DNA of 54,834 bases, taken from an archaeon. Lineage in GTDB: Archaea > EX4484-52 > B79-G9. The stretch spans positions 1 to 54,834 of the forward strand of contig JBDRKP010000053.1 of the NCBI GenBank assembly GCA_043813875.1, read 5' to 3'. Both the position numbers and the translations under genes were made by a program. Every line of letters begins with the position of its first letter. Within the stretch, counting starts at the first letter, position 1. The notes beneath the pieces were generated by a model, which was not told the DNA's origin, searched no databases, and saw only the letters and a program-made list of their open reading frames with translations. Below, piece after piece: positions 37,502-46,963 of this stretch.

Positions 37502-37900
37502 TTAAAATCTAACTAATTCGCTCTTCCTTAGCTTTTCTAACTCAACATATCTATGTTCTGGGTCAATTTTATTCCATTCGGTAACCCGGAAAATAACATT
37601 ATGTACATACACCTTTGTCTCTTCATATCTTACAAAAGGAGTGTATCCAACTGCTTTCGAGATTTCTCTTATTAGTCCCTCGTCGTACGTTTTCCCTGAA
37701 ACTAAAAGCCTATTCTTGTCTTTGGACATTTCAAAATGGAATCTATTTCCCTTATAGTCTAACTCATCTGTTTTAACATCGCCCAATATAGAAGCGATTT
37801 GAATAAATTGTTCTATGGTCACCAACGGACTAAACCCCAGTGCATCCTCATAAAGGGAACCTTCTGGTTTAGTGCATGAACATAATACATCTTCGCCCAT
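37502..37900 (-). CDS. Hypothetical protein (AT-rich orphan)
   Basis: AAGTGA 4 nt before ATG 37900; TTTATAAA box at 37931-37938. Confidence 0.55.
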   Translation of the reverse strand: MGEDVLCSCTKPEGSLYEDALGFSPLVTIEQFIQIASILGDVKTDELDYKGNRFHFEMSKDKNRLLVSGKTYDEGLIREISKAVGYTPFVRYEETKVYVHNVIFRVTEWNKIDPEHRYVELEKLRKSELVRF

Positions 37901-38075
37901 ATTATCACTTATAAATGACATTAATGAAAATTTATAAATCTTAACAGCCCCGCCAGCGACTCTCCCTCGCTTCGATTGGTCGCCCCTTGTGCAGTTTTAT
38001 GGCTCGTTGCGACTCGCCCAAATCGGCTGTTTTCGACTTCATACCCGCTGATTTAAACCCAAAGGATGCTATGCG

Positions 38076-38819
38076 CTATTCGCCTTTCTTTCTGGGCTTG
38101 TCCTGTTTTTCCTGCTTTGGCTCGCTCTCAAGCTTCTCCAAATCGATTATCAGGCCTTGTATGGCTTTTTTCGGGTCCTTTGCCTTTGTGACGCCAGAGG
38201 CCAAGAGGACGCCAACTGCTCCAAGCTTGAGCGCTATGTCTATGTCTTCTTTTGTCTTGACGCCTGCGCCTACAAGAAGTTTTGTTGTGAAGCTTACTGA
38301 TTTTACTTTTTTTACTGCGTCTGCTATCAGTTCCGGCTGCGCTGTGGATACGGAGATGTCGCCGCCTATCAGTTCCGGCGGCTCTACTGCGACGTAGTCG
38401 GGGTTGAACTGGGCTACTGCTTTTGCCTGGTCGGAGTCTGCCACGCAGCATATTGTCTGTAATTTCAGTTCTTTTGCCCTTTTGATTGTCTTCTCGATGA
38501 CGTCCAGTGAGAGCTTCTTTTCTGAGTGGTTTATGAGTGTGCCTGTTGCGCCCGAAGAGATGACCGCTTCCGGGAGAATCGATCCTGTGTGGGAGCCAAA
38601 GACGACCGGGTCAATATGCTGGGCATACACCGGTATTGATACTGATTTAGATATGCGGTATATGTCTGTCGGCTGCACTGCAACGATTATCGGCACTTTT
38701 TCTGTCTTTGAGACCATCTCTGCTATCTTTGCGAGCTTTTCTGCCTTGTGGGCGGTCGCCTCATCATAGGTCTTGAAATTAATCACTATCAGCGGTTTTT
38801 TTTCGTTATTATCTTTCAT
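38076..38819 (-). CDS. tpiA: Triosephosphate isomerase, archaeal type
   Basis: INFKTY, AQHID, NHSE, AVEPPELIG, GAGV, GVLLASG. Confidence 0.96.
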   Translation of the reverse strand: MKDNNEKKPLIVINFKTYDEATAHKAEKLAKIAEMVSKTEKVPIIVAVQPTDIYRISKSVSIPVYAQHIDPVVFGSHTGSILPEAVISSGATGTLINHSEKKLSLDVIEKTIKRAKELKLQTICCVADSDQAKAVAQFNPDYVAVEPPELIGGDISVSTAQPELIADAVKKVKSVSFTTKLLVGAGVKTKEDIDIALKLGAVGVLLASGVTKAKDPKKAIQGLIIDLEKLESEPKQEKQDKPRKKGE

Positions 38820-38846
38820 TGAATTCCCTCCAATATGTTAATCATC

Positions 38847-38975
38847 ACAATAAAAAATCATGAAATTTTGAGGATATTGAGGCATTTCAAGCTTTTTCAG
38901 CTTTCCTGAAAAGCTTCGAGCGAAGCGAGATGATTTTTATTGTCGGTATATAAGTTATATACAATAAAAAATATT
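38847..38975. repeat. Multi-stem repeat 'C', copy 2, upstream of tpiA
   Basis: ACAATAAAAAATCAT / ATGATTTTTATTGT outer stem; internal TGAAAT/ATTTCA and GCTTTTTCAG/CTGAAAAGC. Confidence 0.8.
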
Positions 38976-39032
38976 ATATACTCTTATCTATATAAATATC
39001 CCATAAGCCTGAAATCATGAAACCTCGATGAG

Positions 39033-39122
39033 ACCACCGAGTAAAGCCGGTGGTTTGTTTGGTTCGGTTTCAAACTCTCTGATCGCCTTCATCTGCGGAC
39101 TGAAGTCCGCAGTTTTCGGCGA
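39033..39122. mobile_element. IS200/IS605-type end remnants (PATE-like), no transposase
   Basis: ACCACCG..CGGTGGT hairpin and TCGCC-TTCAT-CTGCGGAC-TGAA-GTCCGCAG-TTTTC-GGCGA. Confidence 0.55.
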
Positions 39123-39144
39123 ATTATAGATAATATATAATCTG

Positions 39145-39537
39145 ATGGTCACGATGATTGAATATAAAGGTACCAGTGACAATAATTTATTGAAACTATT
39201 TCTGGTCATGACATTTGCCATGGCGATGCTTTTTTTCTCAATCATATTCAGCCTTCATTTCATGATCGAGAAAAAAGGAGGCAGTGATTGTGTTGAGATG
39301 ATGGGGACCAAGGCCATATATGATTATGGGAAGGCGATAAATTCGAAGTCCATGGCTGAAAAACTTGCTGAGATGTATGTGAAGAACAATAAGAATGAGT
39401 ACAATCTACGGTTCCTTAAGGGAGGATTAGAGTCCTGCGGGCCGGTGTTCACTTTTATCGACAGGATGGATAATGCAAAGTATGCAGTATGTGAAACCGG
39501 GAAGATATACGACTATGTCATGAAATGCAAGGATTAA
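39145..39537 (+). CDS. Membrane-anchored hypothetical protein
   Basis: Single N-terminal transmembrane helix and 4 Cys. Confidence 0.6.
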   Translation: MVTMIEYKGTSDNNLLKLFLVMTFAMAMLFFSIIFSLHFMIEKKGGSDCVEMMGTKAIYDYGKAINSKSMAEKLAEMYVKNNKNEYNLRFLKGGLESCGPVFTFIDRMDNAKYAVCETGKIYDYVMKCKD

Positions 39538-40751
39538 AATGTTATGTCTTTCATGGCAAGCGTGAACACTTCCATCGCGCGCCAGACGTCTTCTTTTTCT
39601 ACCTTTTTTCGCATCTCTATCCTTGCGCTGGCTTCTATCAGGCGCTTGAGGCCGATGACGAATCTCGGCGTGACGTCGACCAGCATATGGTCTTCTTTTT
39701 CCTTGACTTCTGCAATGAACTTTTTTATCATGTCATTGTAATCTTTGATGAATTCGACATCGATCGATTTTGACTGCTCAATGTATCTTTTTATGAACTG
39801 CATGTCATCCGGGCTTGCGCGGTGTTTTTTTTCGTCGAGGACGCCGTCTGTTATCTCCATGAACTGTTTGATGTCTGCTTCTTTTATGATGTATATCAGG
39901 TGAAAGCGGGAAAGGAGCGCGGGATCGAACGGGATCTGCTTTTCAATCTCTTTTTTTGTCTTGCCGGCGAATTTGTCTTTTGCAGGGTTTGCGCTTGCAA
40001 GGATTGAGCATCTGGCATCGAATCTGTAGTGGTGGCCGCCTTTGTCGTAGGTGATGAAGCCTTTTTCCATGGCATTGTAAAGGCCTGCGCGGTCCTCTTT
40101 TTTCATGAGGTTCAGTTCGTCGATGAGAGCTATGCCTTTGTCTGCAAGCGACAGTATGCCTTTTGATATCTCGTTGCCTCTCACCGTGACTGTCAGGCCG
40201 GTGTTGGATGTTCCTGAGCCAAGACCGAAGGCCGATACCGGGGCGATGTCTTCTGATGCTCTCAGGATGTCAGTCTTGCCTGTGCCGGGATCGCCAAGAA
40301 GCAATATGTGAAATTGGTCGCCTGCAAAGAGCTGGAGTATGACGCCTTTCTTCACGTTCTCGAAGCCGACGATGTGCGGGGCGAATGTCTTCTGGATCCG
40401 CTGGTACGCGTCCTTCCTGAATTCGTTGATTATTGCTGAATCTATTGATTTTTCTATCTTGCTGTTGAGATCTTCTGCAACGGATGCGATTGCCTTGTCT
40501 TTGGGGTCTATTGCAGGGTGTTCTTTTAAGTCTGTTATGGCTCTTGAATAGGGTATCCTTTTTGAGATTATACTTATCCTCAGTTGTTTCAGGAGCTTAT
40601 GTGCCTGCTTTGAGTCTTCTTTTCTGAGGTGGACTGATAAGGAGTCCAGGCCGGATTTTTCTTTTTCGGATAGGGGGCGCAAGAGAAGGATCAGATGTTT
40701 TGCTGAGTTGAGTATGGTTCTTATTTTTTCAAGGAGTCTTTCGATGTCCAT
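39534..40751 (-). CDS. Truncated MCM-family AAA+ ATPase
   Basis: LLGDPGTGKT, GLTVTV, IDELNLM, LASANP, ALLSRF, TPR; no Zn-finger/OB N-domain. Confidence 0.85.
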   Translation of the reverse strand: MDIERLLEKIRTILNSAKHLILLLRPLSEKEKSGLDSLSVHLRKEDSKQAHKLLKQLRISIISKRIPYSRAITDLKEHPAIDPKDKAIASVAEDLNSKIEKSIDSAIINEFRKDAYQRIQKTFAPHIVGFENVKKGVILQLFAGDQFHILLLGDPGTGKTDILRASEDIAPVSAFGLGSGTSNTGLTVTVRGNEISKGILSLADKGIALIDELNLMKKEDRAGLYNAMEKGFITYDKGGHHYRFDARCSILASANPAKDKFAGKTKKEIEKQIPFDPALLSRFHLIYIIKEADIKQFMEITDGVLDEKKHRASPDDMQFIKRYIEQSKSIDVEFIKDYNDMIKKFIAEVKEKEDHMLVDVTPRFVIGLKRLIEASARIEMRKKVEKEDVWRAMEVFTLAMKDITF

Positions 40752-40822
40752 GGCATTAATTGGGTTCTGTAATTTTTATATTTGTGGTTTATGCGGCTGG
40801 AAATGTAATGCTTACAGGGACA

Positions 40823-41881
40823 TCAGATGAATGCAAAAATGATTTCAAAAGCTATGAGCAGTATTATGATTATTTCCAGGAATTCTGTTCTTTTTGCGCT
40901 TGCCTCTTCTGAAAGTATCTCGTATAATTCTTTTGCATCAACCAAGCGCTTCCTGATATTTTCCTGAGTGGTCTTCATGTTGAGCCTGACTGAGGCAGCG
41001 TGATAAATCCGTGACAGATACTCGTCGCCTGTGAGCCTTAAGAAGCTGCTTATGCGATTCTCGACTCCTGTGAATTCAACGTATATCTCAAGGGTCTTTT
41101 TGAGTAAATTATGTGTCCCGTAGTATTGAATCATCCCGTAGCGAGTGGTTCTTGAGAATAAATGTATCTCTTTGAGACGCTTGTCTAATTCCTTCTCGTA
41201 ATAGCGCAACTGGAGAAGCTGCAGGTTAGTGTATTCCAGTACGTCCCAGACGTCATCATCGGGCATATCTTTGATTGTTATTGCGCGGTCCCAGTCAACC
41301 ACTGTCAGGTCGTTTGGAGTATAGCTGAAGTTGTAGCGGAATGCCTCGTCCTGCTCGTAGTCTGAGAGCATCATCTCCTCGTTTCTTAGAAAACGGGATA
41401 TTGCGCCTTTGATATTATTCTTTTTTACGGCATTATATTTATCCTGTATCCAAAGTATCGCATAATCTTCCACAAAGCCGTTGTATGTCTTTATGGCCAA
41501 CTCCTTTTCTACCAGTTCTCTTGATTTAGCTGCCAGTTGTTTTGTCTTTTCATCAAATGGAGAACTGTCGTTCAAAATCTTTTGGGCATTGGCTAAAATC
41601 TGAGAATAGTCTTTTCCTTCTATCTCTAATCCATAGCGGATTGTGATGCTGCCTAATGAATAATATTTTATCTGTGTCTCGACCAGTGATCTTGTGAGGG
41701 GAATAGGCCATGGATCATCTGTGGTTTCGACTGGCGGGTCTGTGAAGTTCAGGTATGCCGGCGTAAAGTAGGTCAGTTTCAATGGGCGCAGCTTCAGCTC
41801 TTTGAGATGCTCACGGAGTTTCTGTATGTCGAAGTCCTCTGCCATGTCTACGAGGTGGTAGATATATAGTTTTGCAATCAT
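40823..41881 (-). CDS. RMD1/DUF155-like protein with C-terminal membrane helix
   Basis: LEYTNLQLLQLRYYE, GDEYLSRIY, terminal RTEFLEIIIILLIAFEI. Confidence 0.65.
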   Translation of the reverse strand: MIAKLYIYHLVDMAEDFDIQKLREHLKELKLRPLKLTYFTPAYLNFTDPPVETTDDPWPIPLTRSLVETQIKYYSLGSITIRYGLEIEGKDYSQILANAQKILNDSSPFDEKTKQLAAKSRELVEKELAIKTYNGFVEDYAILWIQDKYNAVKKNNIKGAISRFLRNEEMMLSDYEQDEAFRYNFSYTPNDLTVVDWDRAITIKDMPDDDVWDVLEYTNLQLLQLRYYEKELDKRLKEIHLFSRTTRYGMIQYYGTHNLLKKTLEIYVEFTGVENRISSFLRLTGDEYLSRIYHAASVRLNMKTTQENIRKRLVDAKELYEILSEEASAKRTEFLEIIIILLIAFEIIFAFI

Positions 41882-41904
41882 GGTATATTATATGGAGAAT
41901 TGAG

Positions 41905-42185
41905 TTTATATTACTGATTATGCTGAAGGATTGAAAGACATCGGAAGGTCTAAATATATTGCTCTTGTGTGCCATTTTTATCTGTCGACGGGATTTTCTT
42001 TGCCGGCGAAGCCGCCGCATAGGGTGAAGGAATGCGGGGTGTTCGCAATACGGGCGCCTATGCGGCCGAATCCTATAGGGATTTCTCTTGTGAGGCTTGT
42101 GCGCGTTGAGACGAATAAGATCCAGGTCAGGGGTGTCGATGTTTCGACGGGACGCCTGTCCTTGATATAAAGGCGTATTTTCTGG
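41905..42185 (+). pseudogene. tsaA: TsaA/TrmO tRNA m6t6A methyltransferase fragment
   Basis: YAEGLKDI...GVFAIRAPMRPNPIGIS...GVDV, then frameshift near 42142 to DGTPVLDIKAY; N-terminus absent. Confidence 0.8.
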
Positions 42186-42486
42186 AAGTTGAAGATCTAT
42201 AAATATATGACGTTTTAGAGATAATCTGCTTGCATTTTAAACTTTGGCTATACACGAAACTTGGATTTGTTTTTTTGGAATGTACTAAAATAGACAGATA
42301 CATTATAACACAATTATAATTTAATTATTTTTATAAAATTGTAATTTTATACGCTATTTTAATAAGAAATCAAAAAAATAATATCGAAGATTATATATAC
42401 TCTACCCACATAAGTTATGTGTTAGTGGTTACAAAAATGCGTTTAATTGTTGTGTAACTACTGCTTCGAGGTTTAAGGCGAGTTAT

Positions 42487-42594
42487 ATGATAAAAAGAGA
42501 TATGATGGGATTTGCTATTGAAAGCGATGAAACGGATAATGACGGATTTAAGACAAAGGCGCCATGGGACACTAATCCGGATGATGTGTTTTAG
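42487..42594 (+). CDS. 35-aa acidic peptide (not in ORF track)
   Basis: MIKRDMMGFAIESDETDNDGFKTKAPWDTNPDDVF*; downstream of a long AT-rich promoter-like region. Confidence 0.4.
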   Translation: MIKRDMMGFAIESDETDNDGFKTKAPWDTNPDDVF

Positions 42595-42645
42595 GGTCTG
42601 ATTTTCTTTTTCATGATAACGGCATGTTTAGGAATGAGCCGGACT

Positions 42646-43620
42646 TCAACTGAAAAGGTACATCGGAAGGTATGATCTCTTGTAGTAATTATAAAATTCG
42701 ATGAGGTTGAATCGTTCTATCAGGTCGGGGTATTCTTCTTTCATCTCTCTTATTATGTACCTTACCCTGCTTTTTGATGGCGATTCGATGTCTATCTCCA
42801 AATCCCAGTCGCCTACGGTCTTATGACTCTGGACTATCTCTTTTGTTTTAAGCATATAGGCCATGATCTGGTTTTCGCGCTCTATCGATACATTGTGCAG
42901 TTTGAGGAATAGGCGGTTCCTCTGGATGTCGAGCCTGTTCGCATCTACAATATATTTGTATCCTTTTATGATGTTTCTTTTTGCAAGAACTTTCAGGACT
43001 GATTTTACTGTCTTTATGTTCAGGCCGGTCTTGTTCGCCAGGTCGGTGTAGCGCATGGTGGGGTCAAGGAGCAGATTTTTCATGACGAGCATCTCATTCT
43101 GGTTGAATGATTCTTTTTCCCTGTCGCCGCCTACTATCTTTTCAGGATCAAGGCTGAGAGGGTTTGCTGTCTTGACAAGATAATGGCGCGGGTATATGTG
43201 CGTCACCAGATTTAGGACTATCTTGTAATCTTTCAGTGAGGGGATGGATGTCGCCAATAGTTTTAGCTCTTTGTTGAATTTAGATGGATTTGGGCATGCG
43301 AATTCAACGGTGAGGTCAAATTCGCCCGTGAGCTCGTATATGGATACTACGTACGGGTTTTTGTTCAATTCAGCGATTATGTGCTCTTTGTCTTTTTCGC
43401 TTATGTATGCGCCTTTGAAGTAGACCCGAAAAAGTATCAGGCCAAAGTAGGAGTAGTCGAAAATGCAGTACGGATCCCTCAGGATGCCTTCCTTTTCGAG
43501 AACGGATATGGAATACTTGAGGCGCTGCGGGGTCTTTAAGAGGATGCGCGAGAGCTCCTTTAAACTGATCCTTGCGTTCTCTGAGCGGAGATAGATGAGA
43601 TCGTTATCAATTTTTGTCAT
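42646..43620 (-). CDS. Tandem Lrp/AsnC-type transcriptional regulator (two HTH-RAM units)
   Basis: NARISLKELSR...GEFDL and DPTMRYTDLA...GDWDLEIDIE. Confidence 0.88.
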   Translation of the reverse strand: MTKIDNDLIYLRSENARISLKELSRILLKTPQRLKYSISVLEKEGILRDPYCIFDYSYFGLILFRVYFKGAYISEKDKEHIIAELNKNPYVVSIYELTGEFDLTVEFACPNPSKFNKELKLLATSIPSLKDYKIVLNLVTHIYPRHYLVKTANPLSLDPEKIVGGDREKESFNQNEMLVMKNLLLDPTMRYTDLANKTGLNIKTVKSVLKVLAKRNIIKGYKYIVDANRLDIQRNRLFLKLHNVSIERENQIMAYMLKTKEIVQSHKTVGDWDLEIDIESPSKSRVRYIIREMKEEYPDLIERFNLIEFYNYYKRSYLPMYLFS

Positions 43621-43770
43621 ATTCCTAATATATTTTTATAAATTAATAAATGTTTGCTTTTTTTTGGAGATAAGTAAAAAAATAGATAATGGTATGTATA
43701 AATATCGGTAACTACACACTACTACAAACAAATGAACTTATTTACGATTAAATAGTGAGGAATTGCATAT

Positions 43771-45084
43771 ATGTATCAAAGCCCGCTTCTAGGACCTGAA
43801 GAAGAATATCTGATTGTTGATAAAAATGGCAGAATATCCAAGTCTGCGGATGATATTTTGAGTCATCCCCTAAATACAGGCAATATTGTTAGAGAAAGAT
43901 GGACAGGAGTAGTAGAAGTTAATTCTCCTCCCTCCTATAATTTGGAAAAATTCAAAAAATCATATATGGATGAAGTGAAAACACTAACAGATATTTCTGA
44001 ATTACTAGAATTACATGTAATTCCTGCATCTGTTTTTGAAAATGAAAATATAAGCGGGGACGCATATCCAATTAGACGATATTTATCACGGGATCGTCTT
44101 TTTGGAGAGTATAAAACGGCAATATCTCATGCTTCATGTGGTACTCATCTTCATATTGATCGTAATGAGAGAACAATAGACCAATATAATCTGTTACAAT
44201 CACTAGATCCAAGCTTTGTTTTACTTTCCACATCCCCTTTTCTATTGGGCAAAAACACATATAACTGCCACAGAGTTCATTCTTATAGAGATGAACTTTT
44301 TGAAGATTATCCTGCACATGGACAATTAATAAATTATTTTAATAGTACGGAAGAACTAGACCAATTAAATCACCAACGTCTCGATGATTGGCTAGGCCTT
44401 ATTGGAAATGACGAGGAAACAAAAGCAGCATATAATCAAACTAATACCTCATGGGGACCCATACGGTTAAGAGAAAGAACGATTGAAACACGAAACGGTG
44501 ACGCAAATCTACCTTCTATCGTTATGGCACAAGCAGCACTTTACAAAGGTGTTAATGACCACGTATTCAGAAATCAGCTAAATGTCCGCATTATGGAGTC
44601 ACAGGATTTTGAAAATCTTTATGGTATTACGACACATGAGATGATACTCCCAAGCTATGAAACTCTCAAGCAAATGGAATATGAAGGATGTGTGTATGGA
44701 TTGGAATCTGATCAGGTATATTATTACCTGAAACATCTAGTAGATATTGCAGATAAAGGACTGTCCAAGCATGAACAAAGATACCTTGAGCCTTTTAAAA
44801 TAATGTTAAATGAAAGAAGAAATATAGCGGACGTTCTATATGACCGTGCAATAAGTATATACCCGAAACTTACGAACTATATCAATGCACAGACAGCAAG
44901 AGAATTAAATCTATATATGAGTGAATTGCATACACTGGATATGAATGAGGGAAGCAAACCTATTTGCGAGATTATAAGAGATAAATCTTCGATGAGAAAC
45001 CCAAAAATCATCTCGTCTGAATCTGTTTTGTTCTATGGACCTTCAAATGCTCTTGCTGAAAGGCCCAAAATGACAGTCTATTAA
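43771..45084 (+). CDS. Glutamate-cysteine ligase family 2 (GCS2/YbdK-like) carboxylate-amine ligase
   Basis: GPEEEYLIVD, VEVNSPP, CGTHLHI, STSPF, WGPIR, TIETR.GD. Confidence 0.8.
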   Translation: MYQSPLLGPEEEYLIVDKNGRISKSADDILSHPLNTGNIVRERWTGVVEVNSPPSYNLEKFKKSYMDEVKTLTDISELLELHVIPASVFENENISGDAYPIRRYLSRDRLFGEYKTAISHASCGTHLHIDRNERTIDQYNLLQSLDPSFVLLSTSPFLLGKNTYNCHRVHSYRDELFEDYPAHGQLINYFNSTEELDQLNHQRLDDWLGLIGNDEETKAAYNQTNTSWGPIRLRERTIETRNGDANLPSIVMAQAALYKGVNDHVFRNQLNVRIMESQDFENLYGITTHEMILPSYETLKQMEYEGCVYGLESDQVYYYLKHLVDIADKGLSKHEQRYLEPFKIMLNERRNIADVLYDRAISIYPKLTNYINAQTARELNLYMSELHTLDMNEGSKPICEIIRDKSSMRNPKIISSESVLFYGPSNALAERPKMTVY

Positions 45085-45273
45085 TCTTGATGCGATAATG
45101 CAGTCATAATCGTATTTCTTTGTCCTCAAGATGGAATTGATGCTTTTTGGCTGATTCTTCAATCACTACAACCAGAATATTTTTAGTATATAATAAAACC
45201 AGCATTATTTTTGGATTAAATTAAAAAAATATGTTCAGGCATAGTTATATACTGGCAATACGAATCAAATCAT

Positions 45274-46086
45274 ATGGCAGACGCAGCTATGTCAGGGATT
45301 TTAAAAGCGATTGCAGAAGATCATTTTGAGAGATACTTAAACAGGCATATCTATGGCGATAATCGCGGAAAAGAGGGCAAGGAGAATCATCCCCATACTG
45401 TATTTCTTTTAGCGTATAATCAGCCTGGTATAGAAGATCCCTATGCGATATTGCGTGAAGATGCACTTGATCTTATAAGCGAAGAACCATATAATCCGAA
45501 GACAATAAAATACGAGAAAGAGATACTGGATTATCTTGGTGGTTGCGGTGACGGAGCATGCGCTCTCAACATAGTAGGCAATAGTATAGCGCATGTGGGT
45601 GAGATCAACAATAAGCCCAGCAGCCTGCCAAAAGACTTTGATGTATATTCGTTGATACCTCGCGATTTCGTCTATTATAATGGTCATACTTATAATCGCG
45701 ATCAGATTGGCATGAAGACAAGAGCGGCAGTTAAGGCTGCGGCTGCGGCCCATAATAATGGTTACGAGGATTTTTATGCAATCATCACAAAAGAGACATC
45801 TTACGCAAATGACCGGGTCGGGATGGCAGCGCTTATCGGCGGAAATGGACTAGAGGAAATGTATTATCTACTCAGTCCTGAATATGAACCAAAAATATCA
45901 GAAATGCAGGTCAGACATAGAGTATATAAAGATAACGGCTATGTTTTCGATAACCCGGTTGATATCGGTTTGAGTAGATTGTTGGGGGCCATGGACAAGG
46001 GATATGAAATACAATTCATGCCGCAGTTGGCTCTGGTGGAATCCGGGTCAGTTGTTATTTCAAACCAACATGAACTCCTGACATGA
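45274..46086 (+). CDS. Hypothetical protein, possible divergent DisA_N/DAC domain
   Basis: DGA motif followed ~50 aa later by GMKTRAA (canonical GTRHRAA). Confidence 0.45.
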   Translation: MADAAMSGILKAIAEDHFERYLNRHIYGDNRGKEGKENHPHTVFLLAYNQPGIEDPYAILREDALDLISEEPYNPKTIKYEKEILDYLGGCGDGACALNIVGNSIAHVGEINNKPSSLPKDFDVYSLIPRDFVYYNGHTYNRDQIGMKTRAAVKAAAAAHNNGYEDFYAIITKETSYANDRVGMAALIGGNGLEEMYYLLSPEYEPKISEMQVRHRVYKDNGYVFDNPVDIGLSRLLGAMDKGYEIQFMPQLALVESGSVVISNQHELLT

Positions 46087-46118
46087 GCAGAATTCATTTT
46101 AAATCAGGCTGTTAATGA

Positions 46119-46912
46119 TTATGTGATATTTCTAATAAAATTCAGAACAGCATCAGGCCTGTCGCTTGAGATTATGTCGACGTTCAGTCCGAGCATCTTT
46201 TTGATGTCATCCAGCTGATTTATGGTCCATGCATTTATAGTAAAAGTCATAACTATTTGGACTATATGACTTTTCCATATAGTTAATGCCTCTTGGTTTT
46301 TGGTTATATTTGTCTATTTAGTAACGGTCTTAACTATATTTTGATGTTGTTTTTGTGGCATTCTTCTACCAGTCTCTTGTCTAAGAATACGTAATTCATG
46401 CAGAGGATGTCTGCATTGCACGCCTTTACCATGGACACGGTGTCTATCGGTCTTGCTTTGATGATGGCGCCGGTCTTTATCTTCGGCTCGAGCTCTTTTG
46501 CCTTTTTTACTGTTTCGTGCCAGAACGAGACAAGAATTACTTTGTCTATGACATTGTTAGTTTTTATGATGGATAGTATTTGTTCTAGTGTTTCTGGTTC
46601 TTTTATCTCAATTGTCATCACGGGCTTTTCGTTTTTGAGATGGGTGATGACCTCCTGCAGCGCCAGGATCTTTTCGCCTTTGCCTGCGTCAAGTTTTTTG
46701 ATTTCTCCAAGCGTGTAGTCTTTAACGTATCCCCTGCCGTTTGTTGTCCTCTCAAGGGTGCCATCGTGTATTACTGCAAGTTCTTTGTCTTTGGTCATTC
46801 TGATGTCGAATTCTATAAAATCTACACCTAAAGATATTGCTTTCTTGAATGACCTCATCGTGTTTTCTGGTTCAAGGCCTGCTGCGCCCCTATGGCCTGT
46901 TATCAATACCAT
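46119..46912 (-). pseudogene. Glycerophosphodiester phosphodiesterase split by a 99-bp element
   Basis: GHRGAAGLEPENT, EFD, HD, EIK in the 5' part; NAWTIN...VDIISSDRPD in 46119-46235; frame restored by removing the element and one TA. Confidence 0.9.
46238..46336. mobile_element. TA-flanked A+B hairpin element inserted in the GDPD gene
   Basis: TA duplicated at 46236-46237 and 46337-46338; empty site reads AAA ATA AAT GCA TGG (KINAW). Confidence 0.9.
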
Positions 46913-46963
46913 AAGATATATTGATTGAGAAAAGATATAAAAACCAGATTATATACTCTTAAC

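Noticed and set aside
39534-41881. Integrated virus or plasmid around the MCM-like gene
   Set aside because: No integrase, capsid, tRNA target or att repeats were seen
46238-46336. Canonical bulge-helix-bulge intron in GDPD
   Set aside because: I could not build a 3-4-3 BHB at the junctions; the TA duplication and intergenic copies favour a DNA insertion
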